59,486 nt of DNA from an uncultured bacterium. GTDB lineage: Bacteria; CSSED10-310; CAZUFC01. Location: assembly GCA_964619725.1 (NCBI GenBank), contig CAZUFC010000045.1:1-59486 (forward strand), read 5' to 3'. Every line of letters starts with the position of its first letter. Positions within the stretch are counted from its first letter, which is position 1. A program made the position numbers and the translations under genes. The notes beneath the pieces are model-generated. The model was not told the DNA's origin. It ran no database searches and saw only the letters and a list, made by a program, of their open reading frames with translations. Shown here piece by piece: positions 39,690 through 50,117 of this stretch.

Positions 39690-39863
39690 CGGCTGATGTT
39701 CCTTAAAAGGCAGAGGATCGGTTCGAAGAGCATATGTTGATTGAAGTTGCTGTTCAGCGCTTGTCCATGAACACATTAAATTATTGGCGGCGCTGAAAGA
39801 TTTCAAAACAAACCTTGACCTCGAACCGATCCCCTGTTAACGAAAAGGAAATTTTCGCTGCCG
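39690..39863. other. Long imperfect hairpin with symmetric central bubble (candidate ncRNA or MITE)
   Basis: CAGAGGATCGGTTCGA / TCGAACCGATCCCCTG (15/16), inner TTGAA..TTCAGCGC / GCGCTGAA..TTCAA, outer TTCCTT/AAGGAA and CGGC/GCCG. Confidence 0.45.
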
Positions 39864-40087
39864 TAAAAAATAAACTCAAAAAGCGGTTACTCCTGCAATA
39901 AACGATCTCCAGGACAAGATTCGATTTTTTTGATGGGGACTTTCCTCGAAGTGAAAAGATTCGAAAGTTAAGGCAAATCGATTCTTAAGTTGCAAAAATT
40001 TTTGTTTTCAGTATGAAAATAAGTAGATAATGTTTCTGTTTTGAGGGGATCCGCATGTTCCTGCGGGCCCATTGAAAGGAGACCGTT

Positions 40088-41401
40088 GTGAAAAGATACC
40101 TTTTTCTGTCTTTGCTGCTGATGCTATGCTGTTCGAATTCGCTTGCGTACCATGAGTTCAAGTTGACGGCTTCGGATGGCGAGAGCGAGGACTTGTTTGG
40201 ACATGCAACTTCGATAAGCGACGATTGGGCCGCTGTAGGAGCTTATGGTGAAGATTCAAACGGAGAGAATTCCGGGGCCGTATACTTTTTTGAAAAAGAG
40301 GATTCGATTTGGATCGAAAGAAAAAAAATAACGCCTGCAGACGGATCGCAGGATGATTTTTTTGGAAGGTCAGTAGCCCTTGACGGCAAGTACCTTTTTT
40401 GCGGGGCTCCCGGCGATGATGATGTTTTTGAAAATGCTGGATCGGTATATGTATATGAAAAGACAGGAATTGACTGGACTTTCAGGCAGGAGATAGTTCC
40501 CGATGATGCGGGGTCGAATGATTGGTTCGGCTGGTCGATTGATGTGAAGGACCGCTGGGCCGTCATAGGTTCGCCGTTGAACGATGAAAACGGGAACGAT
40601 TCAGGAGCTGTCTATGTTTACTGTCGCCTGGAAAATTTATGGGTCTTGAATCAAAAAATCATTGTGCAAGATGGAGAACCGAATGACTGGTTCGGCTGGT
40701 CAACCTCACTGGACGGCAATTTCATTCTGAGCGGTTCTCCCTATAACGACAATTGGGGAAATGATGCGGGAGCCGTCTATGTATTCAGCTACAACGGTCA
40801 GATATGGATCGAGAGACAGAAAATAGTTACTATTGATGCAGGACCGGGCAATTACTTCGGCTGGTCCGTCTCCCTCGACCTTCCCAATGCCCTCATCGGC
40901 GCCTATCGCGACGACGATAACGGACTGGAATCCGGTTCCGCCTATATCTACCATTTCAACGGCTTCGCCTGGCTCATGAAACAAAAATTAACCGCATTCG
41001 ACGGCGCTTCAAACGACTGGTTCGGCTGGTCCGTCTCCTTGGACGGTTCCAATGCCGTTATCGGAGCATTCGGCGATGATATGGACTCCATGAATGATTG
41101 CGGCTCTATTTACGTCTACAAAGAGCAGATTTCCTCCTGGGGTTTTCTGCATAAAATTAATGCTATCGACCGGCAAATGGGCGATTGGTTCGGCTGGACC
41201 GTTTGCGTTTCCGGCGATTCCGTTATCGTAGGAGCGGAACAGGAGGATCAGAACGGAGATAACTCTGGCGCAGCTTACGTCTATGAAGGCTATACTGATC
41301 CGGCTTACGAATCAGTTCCCGCACTCAATCCTACGGCAATTTTTATTCTGCTTCTCCTGCCCGCACTGGCCGCCTGGAAAAAATTTCGATCCGTCAATTA
41401 A
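40088..41401 (+). CDS. FG-GAP repeat beta-propeller with IPTL-CTERM-like anchor
   Basis: Seven repeats D.FG.SV..DG...GA...D...SGAVYVY; signal peptide; VPALNPTAIFILLLLPALAAWKKFR. Confidence 0.9.
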   Translation: MKRYLFLSLLLMLCCSNSLAYHEFKLTASDGESEDLFGHATSISDDWAAVGAYGEDSNGENSGAVYFFEKEDSIWIERKKITPADGSQDDFFGRSVALDGKYLFCGAPGDDDVFENAGSVYVYEKTGIDWTFRQEIVPDDAGSNDWFGWSIDVKDRWAVIGSPLNDENGNDSGAVYVYCRLENLWVLNQKIIVQDGEPNDWFGWSTSLDGNFILSGSPYNDNWGNDAGAVYVFSYNGQIWIERQKIVTIDAGPGNYFGWSVSLDLPNALIGAYRDDDNGLESGSAYIYHFNGFAWLMKQKLTAFDGASNDWFGWSVSLDGSNAVIGAFGDDMDSMNDCGSIYVYKEQISSWGFLHKINAIDRQMGDWFGWTVCVSGDSVIVGAEQEDQNGDNSGAAYVYEGYTDPAYESVPALNPTAIFILLLLPALAAWKKFRSVN

Positions 41402-41520
41402 AAAAAATTTCCTCTCTCCCTTGACTTTTCACGACTCGCTTCCTTACACTGGTCGTTTGATTGCCTTTTTTGAATTTAAGGCTTTCGGAATTTTGAATTC
41501 TTTTTTTACGAAAGGGTATC

Positions 41521-41697
41521 ATGAGCATTTGGAGAAAACTGGTTTCAATGGGTAAAAAACCGCAACGAAATATCCACCTGGGGAGAAACGATCCCTGCTG
41601 GTGCGGCAGCGGTAAAAAATATAAAAAATGTCACATGGAGGCTGATGCCGTTCACAGATCGGAAGAATTGGCAAAAACGTGCTCCCGCAAAGGTTGA
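41521..41697 (+). CDS. 58-aa SEC-C motif microprotein (absent from the ORF track)
   Basis: Translated by hand: [64 protein letters not shown] upstream. Confidence 0.88.
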   Translation: MSIWRKLVSMGKKPQRNIHLGRNDPCWCGSGKKYKKCHMEADAVHRSEELAKTCSRKG

Positions 41698-41710
41698 AAA
41701 ATATAATTTT

Positions 41711-41733
41711 ACGGCATTCCGTCGGAATGCCGT
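41711..41733 (+). terminator. Hairpin after the SEC-C gene
   Basis: ACGGCATTCC-GTC-GGAATGCCGT perfect 10-bp stem. Confidence 0.6.
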
Positions 41734-41734
41734 C

Positions 41735-41788
41735 GACTCCCTTTTAATCTATATAAAACATGACTCCCTTTTAATCTATATAAAACAT
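41735..41788. repeat. Perfect 27-bp tandem duplication
   Basis: GACTCCCTTTTAATCTATATAAAACAT x2. Confidence 0.95.
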
Positions 41789-41795
41789 TTTGGGT

Positions 41796-41949
41796 ACTGA
41801 TCAAACAGGGTGCTTCTTTCAAAACTTTTGACGGTTTGTTTCAGTAATCTCTCTCGGTATCGGGATATCAATCGGTATCGAAATCGAAACGCAATGATGG
41901 GATATTCTGTCGAATTGTAATCGCAAAAGACCTGTATTTGATCAATGCC
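41796..41949. repeat. Dispersed palindromic repeat, copy 1 (MITE/REP-like)
   Basis: Shares ACTGATCAA, TTCTTTCAAAACTTTTGAC, ATCGAAATCGAAAC, ATTCTGTCGAATTGTAA and TTTGATCAATGCC with 46612-46804. Confidence 0.8.
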
Positions 41950-42161
41950 CAAAGTTCTATGACGGAATGGCCCTGATCGGCGCCCGCCATCCAGCGTGCT
42001 GCGCAGGAATCAGAGTCCTTCTGAAATCCCTTTATTTGCAGTATTGAAGGAAAATACTTTTAAGCGTATGATGAGTATGTGTTTTCCGTTAAAACTGTTT
42101 TACGGATGTGTCGGATGTTTTTACACTTTTTTCATAAGCCGGAAGACAGGAAAACCAGATT

Positions 42162-44533
42162 TTGCAAACGTTCGTTAGGAAAAAACAGGGATTTCGCGGA
42201 GCCAAATATCTCGTCAAATTCAGCAAAATATTAATATTCATTTATCTTTGTCTGCTCGCCTTCAACATAAGGTATCTGTCCAAAAACTTCGGATTGGACC
42301 CTTCATGGGATTTCGCCATGAATTACTTTGCAGACAAGGGTTTCAAGTTCGGAAGCGACGTCATTTGGACCTACGGACCGATGGGATATTTGATAGGGAG
42401 CATGGATATCGGGTCCAATCTTATGCAAGGCATTATTTTTCAATTATTCCTCTGGATTTTCTTCACCGGTCTCCTGGGATACGTAATCCTGAAACTGAAT
42501 GTCAGTTTAGGCAGGTTGTTCGTTTTTTTAATACTTTTTGAATGCGGACATCTGGTTTTTTATCTGGGGTTTTCCGGACTGGATTATTTTATCAGTTTTA
42601 TAACCCTGATGCTTTTCAGTCTATCGCTCTTCGTCAGAAGGCGATTCGTTCCTTTTTTTCTTGCTCTTTGTTTTATAACGGCGGGATTATTCATAAAATT
42701 CAACTCGCTCCTGTTCAATTTTTCTGCGCTGGGTATTTATTTGCTTATTCTTTTCCATGAAAATAAAAACAAAGGCGCGATGGCTTCCGGTTTCGCTCTT
42801 GTTTTTATTCCCATGTCGTTTGCGATTTGTTATCTGCTTTATAATCCTTCAATAACCGGCATGTCGGGTTATTTGAAAGGCATGTATGAGGTGGCGAGGG
42901 GATATAACAGCGTCATGAGTTTAAAGGGGCGGATGATGGATTTTTATATTGTCGCCGGTTTCGGTCTCCTTTACGCTCTCACCATGATTGTACTATATGC
43001 AACAAGGCAAAAGTCCTTTTATCTTTCAATCATTTTTGTCGGTCCCTTCTTTGCCGTTTTCAAACACGGGTTCGTACGCCAGGACAGTCACACAGTCGTC
43101 TTTTTTTCCTTCGTGCTGTTGCTTTTCGGTATTATTATACTCTTTACGGAGCGCCGGAAAGGTGTCGTGGCCTGTTCGCTGATTTTCAGTTTTGCTGTGG
43201 CAGGATGGATAATGGAATACGTCTATTATTACCCCCCTTACACATCATTTCACGAGTGACAGGCCGTTTCAACCTGAAAAATATGAAGGAAATTATCCGT
43301 CTGGACGAGCTGAGAAACACATTGCAGTCTATGTCCAGAAAGAATCTGGAAAAAAGCAGGTTGCCTTCGGTCATTTTGGATACGATAGGCGATGAAAAAG
43401 TGACGATTTTTCCTTTTGAAATTTCTTATGTCGCTGCCAATAAATTGAATTATGTTCCTTTTCCCGTGTTTCAGTCTTATTCCGCTTACACGCCCTACCT
43501 GGATCGATTGAATGCCATGTTTGTCGAGAATGAAGATAAGGCGCCGAAATACATTCTTATGGAGTGGAGTTCATTGGACCAGAGACATCCCTTGATGGAT
43601 GTTCCTCTGTGCTGGCTTTCCGTTTTTCGTCATCATGCGCCGTATGCGGAAACAGCCGACTTTTTACTGGTAAAAAGAAGGAGACGCCCTGTTTTTGACG
43701 AGACGCAAACGCTTTTTGAGGAGAGAGCGTCAATCGACCACTTTATAAGAATACCGGTTTCTGATTCGCCGGTAGTCGTGAGGATAGAACTGAAAATGAA
43801 GATACGGGGAATGCTGACCGAAATATTGTTTCGAGTTCCTGAAGTGAAGATGATAATGCTGAAAGAGTCGGGATTGAAAAAGGAGCGCCGGGTTGTCCCG
43901 GCCAATCTCAGTTCCGGTTTGATGATCAACTGTTTGCCGTTCAGTTTAAAGGAAATGCGGGACTTGATGAACGGCGTTTACAGCGAAGAAAAGATAACCG
44001 ATATACTGTTGACCGGAGATGGATTATCGATGTTTGAAAGTGAAGCGATCATTGAATTTCTGGAATTGCCGCAAATAAAGTTGAAATCAAAGGAGCCTTT
44101 GAAAATTCCGGGATCGCTATCTACACTTGAGAGGTCAGAATGCCGGAGCGAGTTTTTCATATTGAATTACATTAATGATCATTTGATTACGGATTACAGA
44201 AGCGAAATAGTAATCAGGGAATCAGAAAAACTCTTCAGTATTGACGGCTGGGCTATCGATGCACTTGGAAGCTCACTTGCGGATGCCGTGTATGTTGAAA
44301 TAGACGGGAAAATCTTCAGTACTTATTATGGAAAAGAAAGACCCGACATCGAGATGCATTTCAGGAATCCGGATTACCGGTATTCGGGATTTGAAACGAA
44401 CATTCCGCTGGAGCGAATCGGAAGGGGAAAGCATACGATGACTTTCAAAGTAATCAACGGGGATGCAACGGCGTATTATGTTCCGGATGCGACGATCTGT
44501 TTTCACGTCATTGAAGGCATAAAAAGCAATTGA
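42162..44533 (+). pseudogene. Large polytopic membrane protein (GT-C-like, C-terminal Ig-like domain) split by a frameshift at a C6 run
   Basis: ORFs 42162-43259 and 43205-44533 overlap in different frames; one extra C at 43232-43237 fuses them; GLDPSW..A, WTYGPMGY, FKHGFVRQD.H, FQSYSAYTP motifs. Confidence 0.7.
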
Positions 44534-44802
44534 ATTTCCTTAATGAAAAGGCAGATTGCGTAAGACCGGAAAATTAACGTTTTTTATTATCATTCAATGG
44601 TTCATGTTGATCTCGTGGCGTTGCTGGGGATAAATTACTGCGGCTCCAGGAGCGGCGGTTTTAGGCCGGTGGCATGACATGAGTCTTATTGTCATGACTT
44701 CTATCGAACAAGGAAGACGTATGACAAATCGCCGCGGTATAGTCCAACCGCATTGCGGTAGAGAAGCGGTCGGCTTGACGAGTGATGGGATGAGGAACTT
44801 TT

Positions 44803-46236
44803 TCAGGTCCGGTTCGAGTATCTTTTTTCCAATTCGATCTGTTTCAGGAGTCTCTTATTGCACCTGGTGGGATATTGACCTGAAAAGCAGGCATGACAGA
44901 TCGGCAGATCATGGAAAACGGCTTTGAGGTCTTCAAGGTCAAGGTAGGTTACCGAATCCGCTTCGATATATCTGGCTATTTCCCCGCACTGATAGTGTGC
45001 TGCGATTATTTCTTCCATGGTAGACATATCGATGCCGTAAACGCACGGGAACTTTATGGGCGGCGCTGCAGCGATAAAATGTACTCTTCGGGCGCCTTTA
45101 TCCCGCAGCAGCTTGACGATATGCTTCGATGTGGTCCCCCTTACGATCGAGTCGTCCACAACGGCTAATTTTTTGCCTTTCACCACGTCGGCGATTGGAT
45201 TCAGTTTCTCCCTCACCAGCCTTTCCCTCTCGCAGCGAGTCGATGAAATAAAGCTTCTTCCGATAAAGTTATTTTCTGACAGACCGCGGCGGTATGGCTT
45301 TCCGATCACTTCCGCAAGTCCGGAAGCTGCATAATAAGCGGAATTCGGTACGTCGATGATGATGTCCACATCAAGTTGCTCCTCCTGAACCCGGGAAGCC
45401 AGTCTTTTCCCCAGATCGCAACGCACTGTGGCCACAGTTTTTCCGTTGATCACCGAATCCTCGCGAGCGAAGTAAATATACTCGAATACGCAAAAAGCCC
45501 TTTTTTTCTGCAGACATATACGTTCGTGCACATTGTGATCTCTGTCGATGAAAACAGCCTCGCCCGGAGCTATATCTCTGATCGTCTTGTATCCCAGATA
45601 ATCGAAACAGGTCGTTTCCGATGCAAAAGCGTAAACCACTCCCTTTTCCGTGACCTTTCGGCCCATCACCAGGGGCCTGATGCCGTGAGGATCGGTGAAC
45701 GCCAGGAATCCATGACCGGCTATCTGAGTGATGATTGAGTATGCTCCTTCTATTCGGGACTGTGTGCTGCGCACCGAATCGAAAATATCGTCTGTTGATT
45801 TTTTTTTGAGGTTCCGCTTCTCCAGCTCCGATGCGAAGGTATAAAGGATCAGAGCGAGGTCATTCGCTGTATCCGGAAGAAGATGACGTTCTTCAAACAG
45901 GTGTTTGCGCAGCTCGACAAAGTTGGTCACATTACCGTTATGCACCATGGACAGACCGAAAGGATAGTTGACTGCAAGAGGTTGCGTGTTGAAGATGTCC
46001 GTCGATCCCATCGTGGCGTAGCGCACATGGCCCAAACCGCAGGAGCCGGTGAGTCCTTCCCGGGTCTTGTCTTTGAATACCGCATCCACCAGTCCCAATC
46101 CCTTCTTCATTCGAAAAGTCCCGTCGAAAGTGACTATACCGGCCGAATCCTGTCCGCGGTGCTGCATCGTCAGCAACCCCAGGATCAGTTCGTCAATCAC
46201 GTCCTCATAACCGTATATTCCGATTATTCCGCACAT
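44803..46236 (-). CDS. purF: Amidophosphoribosyltransferase
   Basis: N-terminal MCGI, QHRGQDSAG, GHVRY, HNGN, CVFEYIYFAR, PRPP loop VVDDSIVRGTT, Fe-S Cys CHACF. Confidence 0.97.
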   Translation of the reverse strand: MCGIIGIYGYEDVIDELILGLLTMQHRGQDSAGIVTFDGTFRMKKGLGLVDAVFKDKTREGLTGSCGLGHVRYATMGSTDIFNTQPLAVNYPFGLSMVHNGNVTNFVELRKHLFEERHLLPDTANDLALILYTFASELEKRNLKKKSTDDIFDSVRSTQSRIEGAYSIITQIAGHGFLAFTDPHGIRPLVMGRKVTEKGVVYAFASETTCFDYLGYKTIRDIAPGEAVFIDRDHNVHERICLQKKRAFCVFEYIYFAREDSVINGKTVATVRCDLGKRLASRVQEEQLDVDIIIDVPNSAYYAASGLAEVIGKPYRRGLSENNFIGRSFISSTRCERERLVREKLNPIADVVKGKKLAVVDDSIVRGTTSKHIVKLLRDKGARRVHFIAAAPPIKFPCVYGIDMSTMEEIIAAHYQCGEIARYIEADSVTYLDLEDLKAVFHDLPICHACFSGQYPTRCNKRLLKQIELEKRYSNRT

Positions 46237-46611
46237 TATGCGTGTCCTCTGTGTCCTTGAGCCTTAAACGGCGCTCCTCAATAAACGATTTTCAATACCG
46301 GCGATGTTCGAGCCTTTTTCATGCCGGCGTCTCAAGTTTGTCCTCCTACAGAAATGCTTCCCATCACTTTGTTGCAGCGCCGGCGAAGCTTGCAACGCAA
46401 AAATCGAGCAGATTTTGTTGCTTTTTCCGAACAAGTTCAGGCGATTTTTTCCAATTTCCGAAGAACTCCCCCGATTAACGCTTCGTCCGCGAGCCGATTT
46501 TCGCAGAATGTAATACGCGTTGTCAATGTTTGAAGCTCTTAATAGCTTTTGCAAAGACTCAACCGGCAATTACCCCGTTTACGCATCGGCATCGGGATAT
46601 GAAAAACGACG

Positions 46612-46804
46612 ACTGATCAAGCCGGGGTTACAATTCTTTCAAAACTTTTGACAATTTGTGTCGGCATCGCAATCGGTATCGGGGTCGGGGTCAGGGTCGG
46701 ATTCGCAATCGGCATCGGTATCGCAATCGTGATCGAAATCGAAACAAAATGACAGACGATTCTGTCGAATTGTAACCTCAAAAGAGGCTTTTTTGATCAA
46801 TGCC
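46612..46804. repeat. Dispersed palindromic repeat, copy 2, with expanded internal hexamer (TCGNNN) tract
   Basis: Same conserved blocks as 41796-41949; internal TCGGCA TCGCAA TCGGTA TCGGGG... array. Confidence 0.8.
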
Positions 46805-47017
46805 GAAAAACGACTCATTACGTCTGGTCGCAATCATATCTTAAAAAAAGACGTTGAGGGTCGAAAACATTCAAAATGTTTCGTTGGCCTCACTGCTGCT
46901 ATGAAAATCTGTGCCGCGCCATACATCAGTTAGCTCCATGAGGTTTGCTTACGTACAATTGATAATTTAGTGAAAATTGCCGAATAAGTATACTTGGCGA
47001 ATTTTTTCTCTTTTGTC

Positions 47018-47046
47018 TTGACATTCGGCTGCGCGGCGGTTATAAA
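47018..47046 (+). promoter_or_regulatory. Sigma70-type promoter of the efflux operon
   Basis: TTGACA-17bp-TATAAA. Confidence 0.8.
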
Positions 47047-47062
47047 TTAACCAGAAGGTTAA
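47047..47062. promoter_or_regulatory. Putative TetR operator
   Basis: TTAACC-AGAA-GGTTAA perfect inverted repeat immediately 3' of the -10 box; degenerate copy follows. Confidence 0.7.
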
Positions 47063-47094
47063 ACCAAATGTTTAGTTTAACCGGGGAGTTGGAT

Positions 47095-47745
47095 ATGGAT
47101 CAGGGAAATGAAAAGGAAAAGCAAACAAGGACGGGAATCCTGGAAGCTGCGTTGAGAGAGTTCAGCGCCAGGGGATACAGCGGGGCCCGTGTGCAAACGA
47201 TAGCGGAAAGGGCAGACGTAAACAAAGCGATGCTCTATTATTATTTTCAGAACAAGGAGAATCTGTACTGTTCGGTTTTGAGGCATATCGGGAGCAAGTG
47301 GTTTCCGCGTGTATTTCCGATATTGCTGGAATCGAGCGACTTGGAAAGGCGGGTCCGTCGTTTCGTTTCGACTTACTTTGATTTTTTTTCAACGCATCCG
47401 GAAGTGGGCAGACTGATATTGCGGGAGATGTCGGGCGGCGGTGAGTATTTGAATAAAGTTATACGGGAATGGTTCAAAGAGATGCCGGTCAGGCCTTATG
47501 AGTTGGTAACCGGAATGCTCAGGCATGAGATGGCGAAAGGAGCTGTAAGGGAGACTGAGCCGACGCAGACGTTATTGAGCGTAATAGGCATGTGCGTGAT
47601 TTATTTTGCGGGTCGTCCGGTCATTCAGACGATACTGGATATACGGCCGGAGGATGAGATGGAATTTTTGGAAGAGCGCAAGGAAAGCATAGTGGATTTG
47701 ATTCTTTATGGATTGAAGGCGGATCGATGTGGGGAAGGCGGTTGA
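47095..47745 (+). CDS. TetR/AcrR family regulator
   Basis: ILEAALREFSARGYSGARVQTIAERADVNKAMLYYYFQNKENLY HTH; ATG 47095 after GGGGAG. Confidence 0.93.
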   Translation: MDQGNEKEKQTRTGILEAALREFSARGYSGARVQTIAERADVNKAMLYYYFQNKENLYCSVLRHIGSKWFPRVFPILLESSDLERRVRRFVSTYFDFFSTHPEVGRLILREMSGGGEYLNKVIREWFKEMPVRPYELVTGMLRHEMAKGAVRETEPTQTLLSVIGMCVIYFAGRPVIQTILDIRPEDEMEFLEERKESIVDLILYGLKADRCGEGG

Positions 47746-49186
47746 GGTGCGGGCAATGGAGAGATATACAGGGAGAACCATGCAGTCGTATTCAGGAGGA
47801 AGCAAGTTGAAGAGGGTAATGTTCCAGGCGAGGAAGCTTTTTTCGATGACGGGAATAGTCCTGATTATATGCGGCGCTTCACCGGTGAAGTCGGCGGAGC
47901 AAGTTTTAACGATTGAAGAGGCGGTTGAAACGGCGTGGGAGAAGAACCATGATTTGTTGATGCAGGAACTGTCGCTTGAGAGGAGTCTGGAGGTTGCGGG
48001 GCAGGTGAAGGCAAGCCGTTTGCCGGTTGTTGAGACGAAAGCGGATTACAGGCACGTAAGCGAGTTAATGAGGATAGAGACGCCCTTGGGGACGTTCGAG
48101 GGCGGCTTGAAGGATACATACGATTTGAAGCTGACGGTAAAGGGTCCGCTTTTCACCGGGTTCAGGTTGGAGAATCTGTATGAAGCGACGTTGAAGGGCG
48201 CTGAAGCTGAGGAGTTGAGAGTGGAATTGATAAAGCAGAAACTCGAATCGGGAATAGGTCGGTTGTTTTATGCATCGATCGGAGCTGACAAGTATGTAAA
48301 GACCGCAGCAACGTCTTTGGATCAGGTGGAAGCGCATTTGCGAGACGTGCGCAATTTTTATGAATTAGGAATGATGACCCGAAACGAGGTATTAAAAGCG
48401 GAGTTGAAAAAATCGGAGATAAAGATGTTGATGACGTCTGCGGAGTTATCGGGGCGATCGGCGCGTCTGCAGCTTTATTCGATAATGGGAGTGGATTTGC
48501 AGTCTGAGATGACGTTAAGTGCGCCTTTAGAGTATCTTCCGTTGTCGACGGAGACGGAGGTGTTGACAGGTGAGGCATTGGCCAACCGGATAGAAGTCAG
48601 GATAGCAGAAAAGATGCTTGAAGCTGCCGAGAAGAAACTGAAGGCTGAAAAGGGAGCGTATTGGCCTCAGGCCGGCGCTTACGGGGCGTATGATTACGGT
48701 AAACCGGGCGCTAACCTGATGGGTGAGGAATGGATGGACAGTTGGAGTTTAGGGGTCAGCGTAGGATTTACGGCCTGGGACTGGGGCAGCAGGCATCACC
48801 AGGTACGCGAAGAGGAGCTGCGGATACGCGAATTGGAGATAGCGAAGGATAAAGTGAAGCATGACGTGGAGAGGAGCGTGATAGAGGCGTTGTTGAAGCT
48901 GGAGGAGGCGGACCAGAGGGTGAGGATGACGGATGAACAGATCAGGCAGGCGGAGGAGAATTTCCGATTGGTGGAGAACAATTTTCAGGTGGGGTTGTCG
49001 ACGAACACGGATTTTCTTGATGCTCAATCCGAGCTGATGCGTGCCCGGCTGGAACGCGACCGTGCATTGGTGGACCATTGCACGGCCAGGATTAACCTGA
49101 AGGAATCCCTGGGAATGACGGAAGAGGAATTCAATGATTTTTTATTTGGAAACGGCGAAGAAGTAACTAAAAAAACGACGGAATAG
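47729..49186 (+). CDS. TolC family outer-membrane efflux protein (true start probably further downstream)
   Basis: LTIEEAV..A...N, PLFTG, duplicated helical repeats, DFLDAQ. Confidence 0.88.
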   Translation: MGKAVEVRAMERYTGRTMQSYSGGSKLKRVMFQARKLFSMTGIVLIICGASPVKSAEQVLTIEEAVETAWEKNHDLLMQELSLERSLEVAGQVKASRLPVVETKADYRHVSELMRIETPLGTFEGGLKDTYDLKLTVKGPLFTGFRLENLYEATLKGAEAEELRVELIKQKLESGIGRLFYASIGADKYVKTAATSLDQVEAHLRDVRNFYELGMMTRNEVLKAELKKSEIKMLMTSAELSGRSARLQLYSIMGVDLQSEMTLSAPLEYLPLSTETEVLTGEALANRIEVRIAEKMLEAAEKKLKAEKGAYWPQAGAYGAYDYGKPGANLMGEEWMDSWSLGVSVGFTAWDWGSRHHQVREEELRIRELEIAKDKVKHDVERSVIEALLKLEEADQRVRMTDEQIRQAEENFRLVENNFQVGLSTNTDFLDAQSELMRARLERDRALVDHCTARINLKESLGMTEEEFNDFLFGNGEEVTKKTTE

Positions 49187-49190
49187 GAGA

Positions 49191-50117
49191 ATGTATATGA
49201 GAACAACATCGGGAGCGCCATATTCAGGACATAGGTTGCCCTGGGGTTTATGCGTCATGATGATGCTTCTGTTTTCGGTCTCCTGTATTGAAGAAGAGGA
49301 GCGGAAATACGACGGTTCCGGGGTATTTGAGGCGGTGGAAATCACCGTGGGTTCCTTGGTTCCGGGCCGTTTAGCTTCATCGCCCGTGCAAGAGGGTTCA
49401 ATCGTGAAAAAGGACGATCTGATCGCTCAGATCGACACCGAAAGCCTGGAGTTGGAGAAGCAGAGAGCTGACGCCGGCATTGAAACGTTAAAAGTGAAGA
49501 TAGAGGGGGCGCGGGTTCAGATAGACCAGGCCCGTATAAACCGGGATGCGTTAAAGAAGAACTATGAGCGGATCAAGACGCTCTTTGAAAAGAATTCGAC
49601 GACGGTTCAGCAGTTTGATGAGATTGAGGCGAAATATAATGTAGCGGAAAAACAGCTTCTGGCGGCCAGGACGAACCTTTCCGGACTGCAGGCGGGACTG
49701 GAGGAGGCTCAGATAGGATTGAAAATAATCGAGCATAAGATCAGTGAGGCGGAGATAAAAGCGCCTTGCGACGGAATAGTGATCAATTCCTATGCGGAAA
49801 AAGGGGAGCTGGTAGGTCAGGGAACGCCGATAGCGACCATTGCCGATATGTCGGAGATGGAGATTAAAATATATGTGGAAGCCGACATGCTGGACAAAAT
49901 AAAAGTAGGAACGAAAGCCGATATTTTCATTGATCCCCGTCCTGACGATCCGATTGAGGGAGAGGTGATATGGATTTCGCCTGAAGCGGAATTTACCCCG
50001 AAAAACGTCCAGACGCGAGAAGCCCGTGCGGTCCTGGTTTATGCCGTCAAAATAAGGGCGGAGAATCCTGAAAGGGCGATTAAAATAGGCATGCCGGCGG
50101 ACGTCGTGCTGGAGTAA
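49191..50117 (+). CDS. HlyD/YbhG-like membrane fusion protein
   Basis: Lipoyl-like halves around a coiled coil; ISPEAEFTPKNVQT..R..LVY motif. Confidence 0.92.
   Translation: MYMRTTSGAPYSGHRLPWGLCVMMMLLFSVSCIEEEERKYDGSGVFEAVEITVGSLVPGRLASSPVQEGSIVKKDDLIAQIDTESLELEKQRADAGIETLKVKIEGARVQIDQARINRDALKKNYERIKTLFEKNSTTVQQFDEIEAKYNVAEKQLLAARTNLSGLQAGLEEAQIGLKIIEHKISEAEIKAPCDGIVINSYAEKGELVGQGTPIATIADMSEMEIKIYVEADMLDKIKVGTKADIFIDPRPDDPIEGEVIWISPEAEFTPKNVQTREARAVLVYAVKIRAENPERAIKIGMPADVVLE

Noticed and set aside
46237-46611. Purine/PRPP/ZTP riboswitch or leader ORF upstream of purF
   Set aside because: No recognisable aptamer consensus by eye; overlapping short ORFs lack support; an Infernal scan would be needed
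46639-46833. Asp-rich 64-aa ORF (DxDxD)
   Set aside because: Translation of the hexamer tract in the dispersed repeat; no start context
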